Positions 60,768 to 64,000 of a stretch of 64,000 nt of DNA are shown piece by piece. This DNA comes from Candidatus Heimdallarchaeota archaeon (GTDB lineage Archaea > Asgardarchaeota > Heimdallarchaeia > Heimdallarchaeales > Heimdallarchaeaceae). The stretch is from contig JAHLWR010000014.1 of NCBI GenBank assembly GCA_019057815.1, positions 48,690 to 112,689 of the forward strand, written 5' to 3'. The translations under genes and the position numbers were made by a program. How positions within the stretch are numbered: position 1 is the first letter of the stretch; every line of letters begins with the position of its first letter. The notes beneath the pieces were generated by a model. It was not told the DNA's origin, ran no database searches, and worked only from the letters and a program-made list of their open reading frames with translations.

Positions 60768-61169
60768 CTATTTTTGTAATATTTGAATATTAAATCCTAG
60801 TTCCTTTAAAGGTTCAAAATCTTTATCAAATGTCAATATTTCAGCTTCTTCTGAGCATGCAATTAACAAATCAATATCAGGAACAGATGTTTCCCGAATC
60901 ATTAATTCTGCTCTTGTTTCAGCTGCCTTCCAAGTAACTTTTGAATCGATTATTGCTTCTGTGAGAATTTGGAGCATGTTTTGAATGATTTTTAACTCAG
61001 TAGTATTTTTGTATTTTTTAATCAAGTAATGAGCTCCTGAAAGTAGTTCAAAAATTGTTAAAGAGCTAACAAGAATATCCTCACTAGTCTTTTTTCTTTC
61101 CTCTAAGACTTTAACTGCAAGCTTGTTGCTTCTTTTAAGTTCAATAAGAAGGGATGTATCCAAAATCAC
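60768..61169 (-). CDS. vapC: PIN-domain (VapC) toxin
   Basis: ILDTSLLI, FEL, DLLIA and LTFDKDF. Confidence 0.9.
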   Translation of the reverse strand: MILDTSLLIELKRSNKLAVKVLEERKKTSEDILVSSLTIFELLSGAHYLIKKYKNTTELKIIQNMLQILTEAIIDSKVTWKAAETRAELMIRETSVPDIDLLIACSEEAEILTFDKDFEPLKELGFNIQILQK

Positions 61170-61171
61170 CT

Positions 61172-61384
61172 TTATACTCTGACCATAAAGTTCTTTCTTA
61201 TTTTTTCTGAGATATCTTGAAGTTCATTTTCGAAACCTGATTCTTTTGCAGCTTCTATAAGCAAATCAATTCTCTTTTCAATATTTGAAGAAATAAGTTT
61301 GTTAATTGCATAATTAAAACTTTTGTTTCCTTTGATTCTGACTAATTTCTTATAAATTTCATCAGAAAGTGTTATTGTTTTCAT
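61172..61384 (-). CDS. vapB: Archaeal VapB-type antitoxin
   Basis: MKTITLSDEIYKKL...KSF..AI.KL; start placed at 61384. Confidence 0.85.
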   Translation of the reverse strand: MKTITLSDEIYKKLVRIKGNKSFNYAINKLISSNIEKRIDLLIEAAKESGFENELQDISEKIRKNFMVRV

Positions 61385-61401
61385 GTATACTATAGTATAC
61401 A
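61384..61401. promoter_or_regulatory. Perfect 18-bp palindrome, probable TA operator
   Basis: TGTATACTATAGTATACA, abutting the antitoxin start codon. Confidence 0.7.
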
Positions 61402-61596
61402 CGATATATTTAATTTTACTTCTATAATGAATTAATATTTTCTTCAGAGGATAGTTTGTTATCAAGAAATTAACATCACAAACAGCAGAATCCACCAGGA
61501 ATTTTAGGATTATTCGCTCTTAAGACACTGATAACTGAGTATTAATAATTCGTAGTTTTTGAATTTTAATGCTCATAGGAGGAGATACTAACAGTT

Positions 61597-62910
61597 TCAT
61601 GGAATGTAGATAAAAGGAAAAGGATCTGTATTATTTGCTAGACCATCGATTGAATAACTGCCTGTTCCGTTCCAATCTGACCAGTAATTCCCCATATTAA
61701 GAGAATAATCAAACCAGAGCGTCGAAGTTCCGTAATCATATGCTTGAGATGTTCCTCCTTGATTGTTAAGGTAGAATGTATTCATGAAGATATGACTGAA
61801 GTATGGATATCTAGCTACTCTTACGCCGTAGTTCGTATTATTGTAAAACAGATTAAACTTTGCAGTAGTATATTCAGTTCGAACATAAGAGATTGTTCCT
61901 GGATAACCTACTATAATATTTAAACCTATATAGTTTTGAATAAAACTATTATTAGCTACTAAATTGTACTTGCTCTCATAGATTTCAATACCTATATTAT
62001 TCCCTCTAAGCTCATTTAGCGTTAAAGTATTATTTCTTCCTTTTTCGATATATACTCCACTACGAGAGTTGTTCACAAAAGTATTTGAAGTGAAATTTGA
62101 ATAGTATGTCATTTGAAAATGAATGCCTCTTTCACAGTTCTCAACAAGATTATTCTCAATAATTCCATAATTTGAATGATAAATATAGAAGCCATATACA
62201 CAGTTGAGAACATGATTGTTCCTTAATTTAATTCCCAAACCATCACCAACTACTATACCAAAGTTTATTTCGTGTATCATTGATCCTTCTACATAGTTGT
62301 TTTCAACCTTGCAATAATAAGAACTCTGTAAAGAAATCCCTCATCCATCGATAGTTATGAAGTTATCATGGATATGACAATGATCTGAATCTGACAGTGA
62401 TATACCTGTAAGAAAACCTCCCGTTAGTTGATGATCATAGATTTCTACATAATTAGCTTCGATTAGACTTATTGCACTTTGATTAAATCCAATGATTGTA
62501 TTGTTATGGATTTTGACAGAGCTTTCAACAATTTGGGTTATATATATACCTTTCATGTTAGCATCAATTAGGCAGTCACGAATTATGAAATGGTAAGATG
62601 TTTGTAAAATTCTAATACCGTATTTCTCTGAAGTAATATTGTATTTCTCAATTATTAATGGATCTGTTTCATTTCCTGTTCCTGGAAAAGCATAAGCCAG
62701 GAATTCCGCATCTGATTTAATTATTATAGGATCATGGGATTTATAGACTTCAGGAGGAGTAGTTTCTTCAGTCGTTGTAGTTGTAGTTGTTTCTTCTGGA
62801 TCATCATTAGGAGGAGTATCATTTTGGTATAGAGAAATAAAAACTACTCCAGAAATTATAGTTCCAATTACAATAACAGTTAAAGCAATCTTAACTACAT
62901 TAGATTTTAT
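61597..62910 (-). pseudogene. Beta-helix (NosD/CASH) surface protein with lost start (ATA) and in-frame TGA
   Basis: One frame from ATA AAA TCT (62910) through an N-terminal TM helix, a T-rich linker, FPGTGNETDP, ITIDG*GISLQSS (TGA 62341-62343) and GNYWSDW. Confidence 0.85.
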
Positions 62911-63054
62911 AAATGAGATTTAAACCACTCTCTAGATTATCTTATCAGTATCTTTTAGGATGTTGACACACTTATAATCTTTTGCTAAAATGAAAATTAT
63001 ACCCATATAGAACCGGACTAATTCAATAATTCAAAAATTAATTCTCAATTTTTA

Positions 63055-63867
63055 TTAGAGATGATAAAATATCTTCTTGTTCTTTTGTTCGTATCCGTAT
63101 CTCCAAAGTCTTTCTAGAACATCTACTAAGTTGTAATAAAATTCTTGAACTTCTTTTTCTATTTTTAGCTTAAATGGTAGGTCGTGAGCCTTTGAATAAT
63201 AATTAAAATACTGATAATCGAAAAAAGGTAGCTCAGGTCTAGAAAATTCCCAATCTATTAGTACAAACTTATCATCAATTAGAATAAAGTTAGGAGGAAT
63301 CAAGTCTCCGTGAACATATGTAAGCTTTTCTTGATATTCATCAAGAATCTCTCTCTGTTGATTTATAAGATCCTTCAATTTGTTGATTAGTTTTGTTGGA
63401 TATCCAAGTACTGACTTTTCATAAGATTGAGCTAATTTCGCATAGAAAAGTACTACATCAGTTTTCATTACTTTCCTTTTTGTATTTGATATTTTATGAA
63501 CTGAATTAATCACTTCTTCTAGTTTATCAGAGATACTTTCATCGAACTTTAGAAGATGAAGCTCTGTCCCTTCAACATACTCATAGACTACTACCTCTGA
63601 TTCCTTCTTCCAAATGATTTTGGGAGCTATTGAACCATCATATACTTCCAAAGCTTGTACTTCTCTTTCAAACCTCTGTTCATGTTGATAGATCCCATCT
63701 TCAGTGAAAATCTTACAGATTGCTAAAGGTTCTTTGTTGTTTCCTGAAAGAAGATATTTTTCATTTGTATATCCTGCAACTATAGGTTCCCACTTGAAAG
63801 GTTCTAGATTCTTGAATCTTTGATTGACAGCTATTTCTATCTCTTTTTTTAATGATTCTTGAATCAA
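63055..63867 (-). CDS. Aminoglycoside phosphotransferase/choline kinase-family protein
   Basis: GYTN, REVQAL, APKI, YEYVEG, VHGDL.P.N and LIDWE. Confidence 0.88.
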   Translation of the reverse strand: MIQESLKKEIEIAVNQRFKNLEPFKWEPIVAGYTNEKYLLSGNNKEPLAICKIFTEDGIYQHEQRFEREVQALEVYDGSIAPKIIWKKESEVVVYEYVEGTELHLLKFDESISDKLEEVINSVHKISNTKRKVMKTDVVLFYAKLAQSYEKSVLGYPTKLINKLKDLINQQREILDEYQEKLTYVHGDLIPPNFILIDDKFVLIDWEFSRPELPFFDYQYFNYYSKAHDLPFKLKIEKEVQEFYYNLVDVLERLWRYGYEQKNKKIFYHL

Positions 63868-64000
63868 AGTGAGGTTACCTCTGCGCTTTATTTCTTATCT
63901 AATCTCATCCAAAAAGACAATCTCTGCTCCTACAATCTTTGATTTTTGTACCAGTACTTGAACATCTTTTTTGTCGGTAATACAAAGAGAAAATAGAGGT

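Noticed and set aside
61385-61495. N-terminal extension of the antitoxin in the ORF track
   Set aside because: It covers the operator palindrome and TATA region; the family N-terminus begins at MKTITL (61384).
2606-62343. Stop-codon recoding or selenocysteine read-through at the in-frame stops
   Set aside because: The stops replace different expected residues (TAA for Gln, Tyr or Lys/Arg; TGA for Trp or Gly), co-occur with frameshifts, and both codons terminate normal genes here.
63895-64000. 3' end of a gene entering from the right edge
   Set aside because: All three minus-strand frames are open for 23-34 codons, so the frame and product cannot be chosen.

Overview
AT-rich archaeal chromosomal segment, very probably from an Asgard archaeon (Heimdallarchaeia-like). 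This is inferred from a Rab-like and an Arf-like small GTPase, several longin/DENN-like domains, TPR-longin proteins and an Asgard-type reductive dehalogenase. The left third holds a signalling cluster (TPR-longin pair + Rab GTPase + receiver, divergent from a PAS/GAF histidine kinase and two receivers) and housekeeping enzymes (guaB, ADP-forming acyl-CoA synthetase, threonine dehydrogenase, OYE, glyoxylate reductase, PAC2). The region from about 33 kb to 63 kb is a plastic zone. It has five toxin-antitoxin modules (three intact, two decayed), about ten gene relics, an apparently imported ATP-grasp/racemase pair, three beta-helix surface-protein paralogues, a divergent TFB-like gene and an FtsX/MacB-type ABC system. 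The most striking non-gene structure is a ~100-bp unit (3' end + terminator of the gene at 50892-51620) present in three direct copies, each separated by a one- or two-gene cassette, with no integrase in the window. I recognised no rRNA, tRNA, CRISPR array, transposase, integrase or reverse transcriptase. All family calls are by-eye motif recognition, not database searches.
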